From Escherichia phage EcNP1, in sequence record NC_054910.1: a stretch of 64,000 nucleotides of DNA, one strand, 5' to 3'. The notes under the pieces were generated by a model. The model worked only from the letters and a program-made list of their open reading frames with translations. It ran no database searches and was not told the DNA's origin. Position numbers and translations under genes: made by a program. Below, piece after piece: positions 10,432-23,122 of this stretch; position 1 is the stretch's first letter; the number at the start of each line of letters is the position of its first letter.

Positions 10432-10658
10432 TTATTTTTCTCAACCAATGATTGAATATAATCATGCAGGTCTTTAGATGCTTTACCCCACTTATTTTGA
10501 TATTCATTTTTAAGATTAGCCCGAGATTGAGCTAATAAAACGTCATTAGTTGGAGGTAAAGATTCTAATCGTTGAATCTGACGTCCATAAATCATTGCAG
10601 CCATCTCAGATTCATAAATCAATCCTTTGAGATGTTCAAATTGATGCCATGAAATCAT
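10428..10658 (-). CDS. hypothetical protein (pseT.2 position)
   Basis: 76-aa ORF, coupled. Confidence 0.55.
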
Positions 10659-10954
10659 TTACATTTATCCTCTTTTAGCTCTTGACGATAATAACATATC
10701 ATAGTTTTTTGGTCATGTACATATCGTTTTACATCATTAAGCCAAATACGAAATTCCTGGGAATCTTCAAATGGCATACCGACCCAAGCTTTACCATCAA
10801 TAACTTTAACTTGCCAAGATAGTTTAGCTTCATCGTATGACTTTATTTGCACAGGCCAATTAGGATGAACTGTTTCTTTCTTTACTTCTAGAGGCTTTGT
10901 CGAACAACCAACTAGAAGACCAATAGATAATATTACTGCTGATAGTTTAATCAT
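10655..10954 (-). CDS. predicted lipoprotein (pseT.3 position)
   Basis: 99 aa; N-terminus MIKLSAVILSIGLLVGC has signal peptide plus lipobox. Confidence 0.6.
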   Translation of the reverse strand: MIKLSAVILSIGLLVGCSTKPLEVKKETVHPNWPVQIKSYDEAKLSWQVKVIDGKAWVGMPFEDSQEFRIWLNDVKRYVHDQKTMICYYRQELKEDKCK

Positions 10955-11304
10955 TTAGAAAGGTCCTGGATGTCTTCTGCGAACTTGTTGAAGGAGTTGT
11001 TGATTTGTTTTTCAACCAATCCTGGCTTATGAGCCACCACATCCGCCTTCTTTGCATCTTTGCGCAGTTTTTCATTTTCACGCTCAATAGCAGCAATTGC
11101 CTCACGATTTTTATTATTCATCGCATCAATATAATTATACTGAATTCGCAAATTATCTAATGCTAAAGCGTTTTCATTGGCCGTTTTTGTAATTTCTACA
11201 ACAGACGTTTCTAATCTTTCAATTTTACTTTTTAAAATTAAAGAAGTTCCGCCCAATGCAATTACAATTAATAACAAGCCTGCTGTCGTATTACTTAATT
11301 GCAT
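10951..11304 (-). CDS. membrane-anchored coiled-coil protein
   Basis: 117 aa; hydrophobic N-terminal segment LLLIVIALGGTSLIL then charged helical region. Confidence 0.55.
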   Translation of the reverse strand: MQLSNTTAGLLLIVIALGGTSLILKSKIERLETSVVEITKTANENALALDNLRIQYNYIDAMNNKNREAIAAIERENEKLRKDAKKADVVAHKPGLVEKQINNSFNKFAEDIQDLSK

Positions 11305-11801
11305 AAAGTTTTAATAACCTCTACAATATCGTCTTGAGAAAGACCGTTAATTAAAATATGATGTTCAGCCGGAGATTTAGAAATTTTAAAGCATGCCTCA
11401 ACATCTTCTGCCATATCTGACGCGTTACGATTTGGATTACTAATTCCAAGACGATGTTTTCCCGTCAAAGGATTAACGATGATGTAGCATTTACAGTTGT
11501 TAATATGAACATTAGGTTGAGTCTGATTAATAAACACTTCACAATCATATTTAGCAAGCTGATTTTCTAAAAAGACTTTCATCTCCTCAACTGCATCAGG
11601 AAGCATATCACGGGCTTGCTCAAGACGACGATTTCGATATTCTTTAATGGTCGTTTTCCGCTTGACTTGCTTAGCTAAATCTTTCTTAAGATCGGTGATA
11701 TATCCAACTCGACGATTTCCTTTAAATACAGAAATCCCATCTGTAGTATCACCGTATGCTTCAACGACCATTTCAGTAGTAATAAGCTGTAAATCCATCA
11801 T
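11295..11801 (-). CDS. alc: Alc, host transcription unfoldase/terminator on dC-DNA
   Basis: 168 aa, MMDLQLITTEMVVEAYGDTTDGISVFKGNRRVGYITDL matches T4 Alc (167 aa; second ATG may be the true start). Confidence 0.85.
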   Translation of the reverse strand: MMDLQLITTEMVVEAYGDTTDGISVFKGNRRVGYITDLKKDLAKQVKRKTTIKEYRNRRLEQARDMLPDAVEEMKVFLENQLAKYDCEVFINQTQPNVHINNCKCYIIVNPLTGKHRLGISNPNRNASDMAEDVEACFKISKSPAEHHILINGLSQDDIVEVIKTLCN

Positions 11802-11830
11802 AAAGTCCTCATGTTGTGTCAGTAAGTCTA

Positions 11831-11859
11831 CTGTAACACAACATGAGGGACTTGTAAAC
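11831..11859 (-). promoter_or_regulatory. early-promoter-like element upstream of alc, inside a hairpin
   Basis: Minus strand GTTTAC, 18-nt spacer, TACAGT; the -10 sits in the loop of a 13-bp stem that contains the alc RBS. Confidence 0.4.
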
Positions 11860-11862
11860 AGC

Positions 11863-13450
<1,588 letters not shown>

Positions 13451-13477
13451 AATAAAATGGGCCTTGCGGCCCACTCC

Positions 13478-14647
13478 TTAAAAATATTTTTTAAAACTCA
13501 TCATAACTTTATCATCAACATCATTATCAATCTGTGCAACAAGGTAAGATGACAGTTCTACTTCTTGCGGCGCGGATTGAACATTATCAGAATTAAGATA
13601 TTCACGAATCCAAGGATACGGATGTTTAACCGGAGCATCGGTAATTGGGCATGGAAGACCGCACTGTTTCATACGAGATACAGTTAAGTAATCAATAAAG
13701 CTCCACATGCTATTTGTATTTAATCCAGGAACATCGCCATCTTTAAATAAATGAACTGCCCAGTCTTTTTCTTGGCGGTTAACTTCCATGAAAATATCAA
13801 CTGCTTCTTGTTCACACTCTTGAGCAATTTTAACCCATTCATCACCATCTGTGCCAAGTTGAAGTTGACGAATAATATATTGGGTGCCTTTAAGGTGTAG
13901 CTGTTCATCACGTGCAATGAACTTCATAATCTTAGCATTACCTTCCATGATTTCCATGTTTTTATGGAAGTTAAAGGTGCATGCGAAAGATACATAAAAA
14001 CGAATAGCTTCCAAGGCGTTGATTACATGCAAGCAGAGGTAAAGAGATTTCATTAATGCTCGTTTAGTACATTCAACAACTTTGCCTAACTCTTCTTTAC
14101 GAAATCCTTCTGATAAAATTCCTTCATAATCTTCAACCGCATTCTGATATTCACGAGTCTTAACTAGAACATCATCATAATAGCGACCAATGGACTCGGC
14201 ACGTTTCATAATAGCTTTATCTAATACAATCTCATCAAATACCTTTGACGGATCAGTATAAAGATTTCGCATGATATGAGTATATGAACGGCTGTGAATA
14301 GTTTCACTAAAAGTCCATGTAGCAACCCATGTATCAAGACTTGGGTCTGAAATTAATGACATAAGTACAGCAGACGGTGCACGACCCTGAATGCTATCCA
14401 AAAGTGATTGATACTTCAGATTATTAGTAAAAATATCTTGCTGATACTGAGGAAGCTTGTTAAATTGTGCAGCATCCATCATCAAGTTTACTTCTTCAGG
14501 ACGCCAGAAAAATGACAACTGCTTTTCGGTTAAATCTTCAAAAACTTTATGACGTTGAATATCGTAACGCGCAATACCAAGACCTGAACCGAAGAACATA
14601 GGTTCTTTTAAAACATCAACTGGATTTGTATTAAAAACTGTGCTCAT
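13478..14647 (-). CDS. nrdB: ribonucleotide reductase small subunit, uninterrupted
   Basis: 389-aa continuous ORF with class Ia R2 features; no intron (T4 nrdB carries a group I intron). Confidence 0.93.
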   Translation of the reverse strand: MSTVFNTNPVDVLKEPMFFGSGLGIARYDIQRHKVFEDLTEKQLSFFWRPEEVNLMMDAAQFNKLPQYQQDIFTNNLKYQSLLDSIQGRAPSAVLMSLISDPSLDTWVATWTFSETIHSRSYTHIMRNLYTDPSKVFDEIVLDKAIMKRAESIGRYYDDVLVKTREYQNAVEDYEGILSEGFRKEELGKVVECTKRALMKSLYLCLHVINALEAIRFYVSFACTFNFHKNMEIMEGNAKIMKFIARDEQLHLKGTQYIIRQLQLGTDGDEWVKIAQECEQEAVDIFMEVNRQEKDWAVHLFKDGDVPGLNTNSMWSFIDYLTVSRMKQCGLPCPITDAPVKHPYPWIREYLNSDNVQSAPQEVELSSYLVAQIDNDVDDKVMMSFKKYF

Positions 14648-14698
14648 AAATTTTCCGCTTAGTTAATAGATAGTGACTCGTCCGTGAGTCAAATTATA

Positions 14699-16963
14699 TC
14701 ATAATTTACAGGATGAACAATCTTCAGCTTTTGGAGTTTCTATTTCATAATCATCAGTACCAGAACCATCACGGGTATTATGATAATAGAAATTTTTTCC
14801 GCCAAAATACCAAAAGTACAAAAGGTCATCAATCATTACAGACATTGGAACCTTTCCTTTTGGAAAAATCTGCGGGTCATAATATGTATTCGCTGAAGCT
14901 GATTGACATACCCATTTCAGCATAATAGCTACTTGCGTAAGATAAGGTTTATTACCTTTCTTAGCTAATTTCCATGTATAATCATAGAGGTCTATGTTAT
15001 GTTCAATATTGGGCACGACTTGATTAAAGGAACCCTCTTTTGATTCTTTAACCGAGACTGGTCCACGTGGAGGCTCGATACCGTTTGTACTGTTAGAAAC
15101 TTGGGAAGATGACTCACATGGCATAAGTGCTGATAATGTGCTATTACGGATGCCAAAGAGCTTAAGGTCTTCCCGCAGCGACGACCAGTCACAAACGTAT
15201 TTTGGAGCTGCGATTTGGTCAATCTTTTTATTGTACCAGTCGATAGGTAATTCGCCTCGAGACCAACGAGTGTCTGAATAATATTCGCAAGGTCCTTTTT
15301 CTTTGGCGAGCTTAATGGATGCTTTGATGAGTCCATACTGTAATCTCTCAAATAGTTCATGTGTTAAATCGTTAGCATCTTCATAAGAAGCAAAGTTACT
15401 TGCCAGCCAAGCTGCATAGTTAGTAACACCTACACCAAGATTTCGACGCTTTTTAGCTTTTTCTGCTTCAGGAACTGGATATCCTTGGTAATCCAAAAGA
15501 TTATCAAGAGCGCGAACTTGAACTTCTGCTAATTCATTAATTTTATCTTGGTCTTGCCAATCGAAGTTATCCAACACAAATGCAGATAACGTACACAATC
15601 CAATTTCAGCATCAGGGCTATTCACATCATTTGTTGGAATAGCAATTTCACAACACAAGTTACTCTGACGAATAGGTGCCTTTTCACGAATAAATGGAGT
15701 ATAGTTATTCGTATTATCAATGAACTGCACATAAATCCTTGCTGTTCCTGAACGTTCAGTCATGAGTAATTCAAACAGTTCACGTGCTTTAATACGCTTT
15801 TTACGAATATTAGGGTCTTTTTCTGCGGCTTCATACAATTCACGGAAACGGTCTTGGTCTTTAAAATAAGAATAATAAAGTTCGCCACCCATTTCATGCG
15901 GACTGAACAAAGTAATGTAATCATTCTTTCCGAATCGTTCCATCATTAGGTCATTCAGCTGGACGCCATAATCCATATGACGGATACGGTTTTCTTCTAC
16001 ACCTTTGTTATTTTTCAAAACGAGAAGATTTTCAACTTCCAAATGCCAAATAGGATAATAAGCAGTAGCAGCGCCGCCACGAATTCCACCCTGTGAACAT
16101 GATTTAACAGCAGTCTGAAAATGTTTCCAAAAAGGAATAACACCAGTATGACGCACTTCACCTGTGCCAATCTTAGAACCTTCGGCACGAATCATACCAA
16201 CGTTAATGCCGATTCCAGCTCGTTTGGAGATATATTCAACAATTGAAGCAGAAGCTTTGTTAATAGACTTCAGCGAATCACCTGCTTCAATAACAACGCA
16301 TGAACTAAACTGTCGAGTTGGAGTACGACATCCAGCCATAATAGGAGTTGGCAGTGAAATCTGTCGAGTAGATACTGCTTCATAAAAACGAATAACATGT
16401 TTTAATCTGTCAACAGGTTCATCTTGATGCAATGCCATTCCAATAGTCATAAATGCAAACTGCGGAGTTTCATAAATTTGACCAGTGGTTTTATCTTTAA
16501 CGAGATATTTTTCTTTTAATTGCATCGCCCCGGAATAAGTAAATTCCATATCCCGCTCGTGCTTAATTTTTGATTCTAAAAATGTAATTTCTTCTGCTGA
16601 ATATTTTGACAACAGTTCAGGGTCGTATTTACCTTCATTTACACAGTAAGAAATATGGTCAATAAATGAACGCGGTTCATACTGTCCGTAAACATGCTTA
16701 CGAAGAGCAAACATTAAACAGCGAGCGGCTACGTATTGATAATCAGGCTCTTCAACTGAAATAGAATTCGCAGCAGCCTTAATGACAATAGTCTGAATGT
16801 CGTCAGTTGTCATTCCATCACGGAGATATGATTTAATATTTTCATATAATTCATAAGGATCTACAGATGTTCCTTCAGCTGCCCAAGATAAAACTTTAAT
16901 AATTTTTTGCGGGTAAAAGCTCTGAGAAACACCACTACTTTTGATAACATTAATTAATTGCAT
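14699..16963 (-). CDS. nrdA: ribonucleotide reductase large subunit
   Basis: 754 aa, ATP-cone N-terminus and catalytic NLCCEI-type region; T4 NrdA length. Confidence 0.95.
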   Translation of the reverse strand: MQLINVIKSSGVSQSFYPQKIIKVLSWAAEGTSVDPYELYENIKSYLRDGMTTDDIQTIVIKAAANSISVEEPDYQYVAARCLMFALRKHVYGQYEPRSFIDHISYCVNEGKYDPELLSKYSAEEITFLESKIKHERDMEFTYSGAMQLKEKYLVKDKTTGQIYETPQFAFMTIGMALHQDEPVDRLKHVIRFYEAVSTRQISLPTPIMAGCRTPTRQFSSCVVIEAGDSLKSINKASASIVEYISKRAGIGINVGMIRAEGSKIGTGEVRHTGVIPFWKHFQTAVKSCSQGGIRGGAATAYYPIWHLEVENLLVLKNNKGVEENRIRHMDYGVQLNDLMMERFGKNDYITLFSPHEMGGELYYSYFKDQDRFRELYEAAEKDPNIRKKRIKARELFELLMTERSGTARIYVQFIDNTNNYTPFIREKAPIRQSNLCCEIAIPTNDVNSPDAEIGLCTLSAFVLDNFDWQDQDKINELAEVQVRALDNLLDYQGYPVPEAEKAKKRRNLGVGVTNYAAWLASNFASYEDANDLTHELFERLQYGLIKASIKLAKEKGPCEYYSDTRWSRGELPIDWYNKKIDQIAAPKYVCDWSSLREDLKLFGIRNSTLSALMPCESSSQVSNSTNGIEPPRGPVSVKESKEGSFNQVVPNIEHNIDLYDYTWKLAKKGNKPYLTQVAIMLKWVCQSASANTYYDPQIFPKGKVPMSVMIDDLLYFWYFGGKNFYYHNTRDGSGTDDYEIETPKAEDCSSCKL

Positions 16964-17280
16964 AAGTCCTCAACTTGAAAATCGTCTTTAAACAATCGGT
17001 TAACTATATGAGCTATTATATCACCATGACACGGCTTTGGTTTACATGTGCATCCTAGCCTCATTCCACGTAAAGGCTCTAAATGTGCTTTAGTTATTTC
17101 TCCGGATTTAATTCGACGTATAAAATCTTTTTTGAATAATTCAATGGCAGCCTCCCGGCTGCCAGCATCTTTACCGACGTAATTTCCCCAAAATGTACCA
17201 CGGTGAATATTAACATCAAAGTCGGATTTATATTTATTCACTACCTGGCATAGACGGCCCGCGCGGTGATAATTCGTCAT
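16954..17280 (-). CDS. hypothetical protein with Cys/His cluster (nrdA.1 position)
   Basis: 108 aa; [13 protein letters not shown]; overlaps nrdA start by 10 nt. Confidence 0.55.
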   Translation of the reverse strand: MTNYHRAGRLCQVVNKYKSDFDVNIHRGTFWGNYVGKDAGSREAAIELFKKDFIRRIKSGEITKAHLEPLRGMRLGCTCKPKPCHGDIIAHIVNRLFKDDFQVEDLCN

Positions 17281-17497
17281 ATTGTTTTTCCGTTAAAACA
17301 GTAATATCATAGTAACAATCTGAAGAAGTTTTAACTGTAGAAATTTTATTATCAAAATACTCACGAGTCATTTTATGAGTATAATATTTTTTGCCGTAAA
17401 TGATAATAGGCTGATTTGGTCCTGGAACTTCTAACTCACTTGGATTAGGAAGTGTAAAAAGAACTACACCAGAAGTATCTTTAAATCGTAAAATCAT
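17234..17497 (-). CDS. hypothetical protein (87 aa)
   Basis: ORF track; between td and nrdA. Confidence 0.5.
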   Translation of the reverse strand: MILRFKDTSGVVLFTLPNPSELEVPGPNQPIIIYGKKYYTHKMTREYFDNKISTVKTSSDCYYDITVLTEKQYDELSPRGPSMPGSE

Positions 17498-17520
17498 ATA
17501 TCCTCACAATTAATAATTAA

Positions 17521-18380
17521 TTACACCGCCATTTTTCCTTTAATAGGAGGGTGTGATTCGTAACCTTTAAGAACGAAATCTTTAGGCCTGAGTTTAAGAA
17601 CATATTCCAATTGTTCTTTAGTAGAAAGATAGCGGAATTTATAAGGCAATCCGCCTATTACCAGTTCACAAAGCTCTTTAGGTTCACGACGCAAAATTTC
17701 TTTACATTGTTCTACGTGATTCATATAAATATGAGTATTACCGCCAGAAAATATCAAATCTCCTGGAATAAGATTACACATCTTAGCTACAATATGAACT
17801 AATGCAGCATATGATGCAATATTAAATGGAAGACCGAGGAAAACATCTACCGAACGTTGATACCACTGCAAATCCAAATAGCCATTACGCACATTAAACT
17901 GATAGAACATATGACAAGGCGGTAATGCCATATATTTAAGTTCAGCTGGATTCCATGCAGAAACAATTTGACGCCTATCATTTGGTAGTTTTTTAATACG
18001 ATCAACAACTTCTATAATTTGGTCTACACCGCCAAAATCACGCCATTGTTTTCCATAAATTGGACCAAGTTCACCACTATGATATCCTAAATCTTTTGCT
18101 TGATTTTCGTAATTTTCATCCCAGACTGTTTTGCCTTGAATTAATGAATCATGTTGAATTAATCGCAAATCATTGACATTTATGCTTCCCGATAAAAACC
18201 AAAGGAGCTCAGCAATGCAAGCTTTCCAGGCGAGCTTCTTAGTTGTTACTGCAGGAAAACCTTTACTTAAATCCCAGCGCAATTTAGTACCAAACAAAGC
18301 AATTGTTCCTGTGCCTGTTCGGTCATCGGTTTCGTAACCATTTTCCAGGATATCTTTAATTAAAAATTGGTATTGTTTCA

Positions 18381-18381
<1 letters not shown>
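17521..18381 (-). CDS. td: thymidylate synthase, uninterrupted
   Basis: Track ORF starts at TTG; ATG at 18381 gives MKQYQFLIKDILENGYETDDRTGTGT, 286 aa as in T4 TS; no intron or I-TevI. Confidence 0.95.
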
Positions 18382-19410
<1,029 letters not shown>

Positions 19411-19418
19411 ATTATCTC

Positions 19419-19754
19419 CTAATATAAAGGATCGGGAACATATCCACTGGCTTTAATCATTTTAATTAACGTTAACATTCCTTTATTAACTGCTCGTGAG
19501 ATTTCATCAAAAACTTCATCACTAAAAAGTTCTAACACGCCCTTCTGAACTTTTAATTTACAGCCAACAATTTCGTCATCGCCTATAGTAAATTCGTTTC
19601 CGCCAATTCCACCAAAAAACTTAATTGCACCAGTCAACTGTCTTCCACGAGAATATGGGTCGTGTGATAAAGTAATATGAGTCACCCCAGGTACAGTTTT
19701 AAATTGGCAACGGATGTTTACTTGGGCAATTCCAGTTACGTGAATGTCAGACAT
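19419..19754 (-). CDS. hypothetical protein (111 aa)
   Basis: ORF track. Confidence 0.55.
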   Translation of the reverse strand: MSDIHVTGIAQVNIRCQFKTVPGVTHITLSHDPYSRGRQLTGAIKFFGGIGGNEFTIGDDEIVGCKLKVQKGVLELFSDEVFDEISRAVNKGMLTLIKMIKASGYVPDPLY

Positions 19755-19764
19755 AATATTTTCC

Positions 19765-20007
19765 TCAAACAGACTTTTTCACAATTTTCCAATCAGCTTT
19801 AAACTGATCGACGTCAGAATGATAAATCCAGAATCCTGCGCTTTCTCCATCCTCATAAAGAGGGCATCCATCACATTCATCTTCCCATCCCATATCACGT
19901 AAAAGATGTTCAGCTTTTTCAACGAGTTCAGAATCTTTACCGATGATATTAAAATACCATTTACCTCTAACTTCTGAATCTTTGATGCTCTGGCGTTGTA
20001 ATCTCAT
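19765..20007 (-). CDS. hypothetical protein (80 aa from internal ATG)
   Basis: Track ORF 19765..20106 would span an early promoter; trimmed to MRLQRQSIKDSEVRGKWYF. Confidence 0.45.
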   Translation of the reverse strand: MRLQRQSIKDSEVRGKWYFNIIGKDSELVEKAEHLLRDMGWEDECDGCPLYEDGESAGFWIYHSDVDQFKADWKIVKKSV

Positions 20008-20065
20008 TTTTATTCTCCTCAGTAATTGATAGGGTAATAGTATCACACTACTACCCAGAAGTAAA

Positions 20066-20467
20066 CTACTTTTTGAAAGTTTTTCGCAAAAGTTCAATGA
20101 TTTCATCTACATTGTTTTCGTCTACAATGCAGTGAATTTTTGTTACGCCAGAAATCTTATCTTCGACTTCATCTTCTTCAGAAGTTGGTTCTTTATACTC
20201 GCGGAAACAATAAAACTCTTCTTCACTAAGTTCAAAATAATCATTACCCATACCATCATCATTATAGATTTCGCCATTAGCACAAATGATTTCAGTTACA
20301 TAATCAAAGCCATCTAAACTTGATACTGATTTAACTTCAAACCAACCACCATTTTCTTGAATGATGCCGACCATATTAGCATTTGATGAACTAATATCAA
20401 TGAAAGATTTAATACGATGTGGATTTAACTCATATTTTTTGCCGATTTCCATTTTGATTTTCCTCAT
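20066..20467 (-). CDS. hypothetical acidic protein (133 aa)
   Basis: ORF track. Confidence 0.55.
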   Translation of the reverse strand: MRKIKMEIGKKYELNPHRIKSFIDISSSNANMVGIIQENGGWFEVKSVSSLDGFDYVTEIICANGEIYNDDGMGNDYFELSEEEFYCFREYKEPTSEEDEVEDKISGVTKIHCIVDENNVDEIIELLRKTFKK

Positions 20468-20497
20468 TTTGATAGGGGCTTGACAGCCCCTTGATAA

Positions 20498-20725
20498 TTA
20501 TTGTTCAATCAGTCCCATGTAAAATTCTGCGTCTTCAGCATCCATACCATCACAATATTCATTAGCCATAAAGCGGGTGAGGTCTTCAAGAGGACCTTCA
20601 ATAACAATTTGAATGCTCCAAAACTTAGAATCTTGCACACTTGTAATACTAAGTTCAGGATAACGATTACGAATAATTTCTTCAATATACTCAAAATCAA
20701 CGATGTCAATATCAACTTTAGCCAT
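20498..20725 (-). CDS. hypothetical acidic protein (75 aa)
   Basis: ORF track; first gene after the gene 32 terminator and an early promoter. Confidence 0.55.
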   Translation of the reverse strand: MAKVDIDIVDFEYIEEIIRNRYPELSITSVQDSKFWSIQIVIEGPLEDLTRFMANEYCDGMDAEDAEFYMGLIEQ

Positions 20726-20768
20726 ATTATTTTCCTCTTTAATCGTCAGCAGTATTGCCGATAGTTGT

Positions 20769-20798
20769 ATAGTACCATGGAAGAACAGGGATGTAAAC
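20769..20798 (-). promoter_or_regulatory. early promoter downstream of the gene 32 terminator
   Basis: Minus strand A/T-rich upstream region, GTTTAC, 18-nt spacer, TGGTACTATAC. Confidence 0.5.
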
Positions 20799-20822
20799 TG
20801 TTTTGTGAAAAAATTTTTGAAA

Positions 20823-20848
20823 TAAAAAAGGGGACCTCTAGGGTCCCC
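20823..20848 (-). terminator. rho-independent terminator downstream of gene 32
   Basis: Minus RNA GGGGACCC-UAGA-GGUCCCC followed by UUUUUUAUUU. Confidence 0.7.
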
Positions 20849-20870
20849 AATTAATTAGTAATATAATCTA

Positions 20871-21779
20871 TTAAAGGTCATTCAAAAGGTCATCCAGGTC
20901 CGTGTCATCAGCACTAGATGAACTGCTAGAGCTTGAGCTCATAAAATCATCTTCAGTTTTTGTTTTGAAGTCATCAACATTGAATGCATCCAAATCATCA
21001 GCAACTTTATCAGCTTTCTTAGCAGCAGTTGCTGCGGCACCACCCATAGCAGCAGTTCCCATAACTTGACTGAACTTAGTGCTCAGTTCTTCAAACGATT
21101 TGAATTTATCTTTAGAAGTCATTTCAGAAAGGTCAACCATCTGTTCAAACAGTTCTTTCTGGAAAGATTCATCATCAATGTTTGGAATCGCAGATTGATT
21201 CAGGAATTTAGATTCGTCGTAGTTACTAAAACCAGAAACTTGTTTAACTTTCAGTACAAAGTTAGCACCTTCCCACGGACAAGTTACATCAACTGGGGTT
21301 TCACCCATTTCAACATCAACTGCAATCATTGCGTTGATTTTATCCCAGATTTTCTTACCGAAACGATATTTAAATACTTTACCTTCATTTTCTGGAGCAG
21401 CTGGGTCTTTTACTACAAGAATGTTAGCCCAGTAAGAAGTTTTACGTTTAACAAGACCGTACTCTTTATTGTCAGTGTTATACAAATCATTTTTACTGAT
21501 GTACTGACATACTGGACAAGAATCGTAATCACCGTGGGTAGATGAACAGTTTTCAATATACCATTTACCATTTTTCTTGAAACCGTGATTTACAAGAATT
21601 GCGAATGGTGCTTGTTCATCATTTTTAGACGGAAGAAAACGAATTACTGCTTGACCGTTACCCGCATTATCGAGTTTCAGTTTCCACTCGCCTTTATCTT
21701 CAGAAGAAAAACCACCTTTATTTCCAGCCAGTTTAGCCATTTGTGCAGCGAGTTCAGCAGTAGATTTACGTTTAAACAT
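20871..21779 (-). CDS. 32: single-stranded DNA-binding protein gp32
   Basis: 302 aa, [40 protein letters not shown], acidic Ser-rich C-terminus; matches T4 gp32. Confidence 0.97.
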   Translation of the reverse strand: MFKRKSTAELAAQMAKLAGNKGGFSSEDKGEWKLKLDNAGNGQAVIRFLPSKNDEQAPFAILVNHGFKKNGKWYIENCSSTHGDYDSCPVCQYISKNDLYNTDNKEYGLVKRKTSYWANILVVKDPAAPENEGKVFKYRFGKKIWDKINAMIAVDVEMGETPVDVTCPWEGANFVLKVKQVSGFSNYDESKFLNQSAIPNIDDESFQKELFEQMVDLSEMTSKDKFKSFEELSTKFSQVMGTAAMGGAAATAAKKADKVADDLDAFNVDDFKTKTEDDFMSSSSSSSSSADDTDLDDLLNDL

Positions 21780-21850
21780 TTTTATTTCCTTTTTAATTTA
21801 ATTAACAGTTGGTGCTATGACGATGTATGACCTCATAGCTGGTCAGTGAG
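21780..21850 (-). promoter_or_regulatory. gene 32 autoregulatory translational operator
   Basis: mRNA leader ...UUAAUUAAAUUAAAAAGGAAAUAAAA-AUG with UUAAA repeats, preceded by a structured segment, as described for T4 gene 32. Confidence 0.55.
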
Positions 21851-21862
21851 ATAATTATAATC

Positions 21863-21870
21863 TATTTATA
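21863..21870 (-). promoter_or_regulatory. late promoter TATAAATA upstream of gene 32
   Basis: Exact TATAAATA on minus strand about 85 nt upstream of gene 32 ATG. Confidence 0.5.
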
Positions 21871-21878
21871 ATAAGCAA

Positions 21879-22532
21879 TTAATACTTGCAAGATTTCACA
21901 GTTTCAATGAAAACACTTTTGGCTTTCTGTGAATCAATATTTAAAATTTTTCTATAAGCCTTTAACTTTATAGAATAATTATTCCAGACTAAATTATCAG
22001 TCTGTTCATCATGTTTATCAATTATATTTAAAAACGAATCAAGCAAGATAAACGTCTCAAACGAAATTATATTCGATTGAAGTAGTTTAAAAATATAACT
22101 TGATTGAACTTTTGGATTATACTCAAAGATTTCTTTAAAAGCAGAAACTTCAACTTTTTTACTAAAATAATAAATGTTGCGAATATCTTCTTCAAACTTA
22201 AATTTAATTTGCTTTAAGCGTCCAATATATTCACGATAAAATACAAGTGCATCAGCGTCAGAGATGTCACCAATCCAAGCATCTTGGTTAGCAACAAGAT
22301 TGCTTATAAAGATTAAAGCAAGTTCCTTTAATTTATATTTTTCTGATAACTTCTGGAAAAAATACTTATCCCTTCGCTTTTGATAAGCGGCATCAGACAC
22401 CCGCATGCACCAATTATACTTAATTACATCATACTTTCCATTCATATGTTGTTTTATCATTAAGTATAATTTATAAACTGATTTACCATCAATGTATCTT
22501 TCACCACCAGCAGGCATGCGGAGTTTAATCAT
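21879..22532 (-). CDS. 59: helicase loader gp59
   Basis: 217 aa, MIKLRMPAGGERYIDGKSVYKLYLMIKQHMNGKYD; T4 gp59 length and sequence. Confidence 0.93.
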   Translation of the reverse strand: MIKLRMPAGGERYIDGKSVYKLYLMIKQHMNGKYDVIKYNWCMRVSDAAYQKRRDKYFFQKLSEKYKLKELALIFISNLVANQDAWIGDISDADALVFYREYIGRLKQIKFKFEEDIRNIYYFSKKVEVSAFKEIFEYNPKVQSSYIFKLLQSNIISFETFILLDSFLNIIDKHDEQTDNLVWNNYSIKLKAYRKILNIDSQKAKSVFIETVKSCKY

Positions 22533-22867
22533 AATAGAAAATCTAATGTATTAGTTTTTTCACAACGAACAACAGAAGGACGTAAAAGATTTTCGTCAAT
22601 AGCTTCTGACTGAATTTTTTCAATTATACCCGAAGGAATAAATTTAGCAAATTGAGTTTCAGGAATAGAATTTTCTTCCAAGAATGCTGTTGTAGCTTCA
22701 AGATAACTCATTCCAAACTCTTCTACCATTTTTTCGATAATAAATCCATTTTCTTGGCGGTCAAGAAGCTTTGCTATTTCATCCTTTTCTTTCTTAATTG
22801 AAAGTTCTTTTTCTGAAAGACCGGTCTCATCGACCGGACGAATATCATTTAGAGAAAACTGTGTCAT
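22529..22867 (-). CDS. 33: late transcription co-activator gp33
   Basis: Track ORF trimmed to MTQFSLNDIRPVDETGLSEKELSIKKEKDE (112 aa) as in T4 gp33. Confidence 0.9.
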   Translation of the reverse strand: MTQFSLNDIRPVDETGLSEKELSIKKEKDEIAKLLDRQENGFIIEKMVEEFGMSYLEATTAFLEENSIPETQFAKFIPSGIIEKIQSEAIDENLLRPSVVRCEKTNTLDFLL

Positions 22868-23114
22868 AAAGTTCAACTACCTCTTCAGTTTCAGCTTCAA
22901 ACACATCACGGTTATCTTTATGATACAAAGCTAACAGACGATTAAACATCTTACCATCAACGCCAAGTTCATCTTTGGCGCGAATTCGAATATCTTTAAT
23001 CAATTCATTATAACCAGAAATTTTCAGTTTATGATCAGATGCTTCTTTAATAAATTTAGCCAAGTCTTCGCCATGGATAGCTTCATCAAATTCAACCATT
23101 TCTTTTTTAGCCAT
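22845..23114 (-). CDS. dsbA: double-stranded DNA-binding protein DsbA
   Basis: 89 aa, MAKKEMVEFDEAIHGEDLAKFIKEASDHKLK; matches T4 DsbA. Confidence 0.9.
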   Translation of the reverse strand: MAKKEMVEFDEAIHGEDLAKFIKEASDHKLKISGYNELIKDIRIRAKDELGVDGKMFNRLLALYHKDNRDVFEAETEEVVELYDTVFSK

Positions 23115-23122
23115 TATTCACC

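Noticed and set aside
13720-13917. 65-aa same-strand nested ORF inside nrdB, and the 122-aa ORF 14992-15360 inside nrdA.
   Set aside because: Embedded in highly conserved enzyme genes with no start signals; treated as chance ORFs (unlike the 30.3' case, which has precedent).
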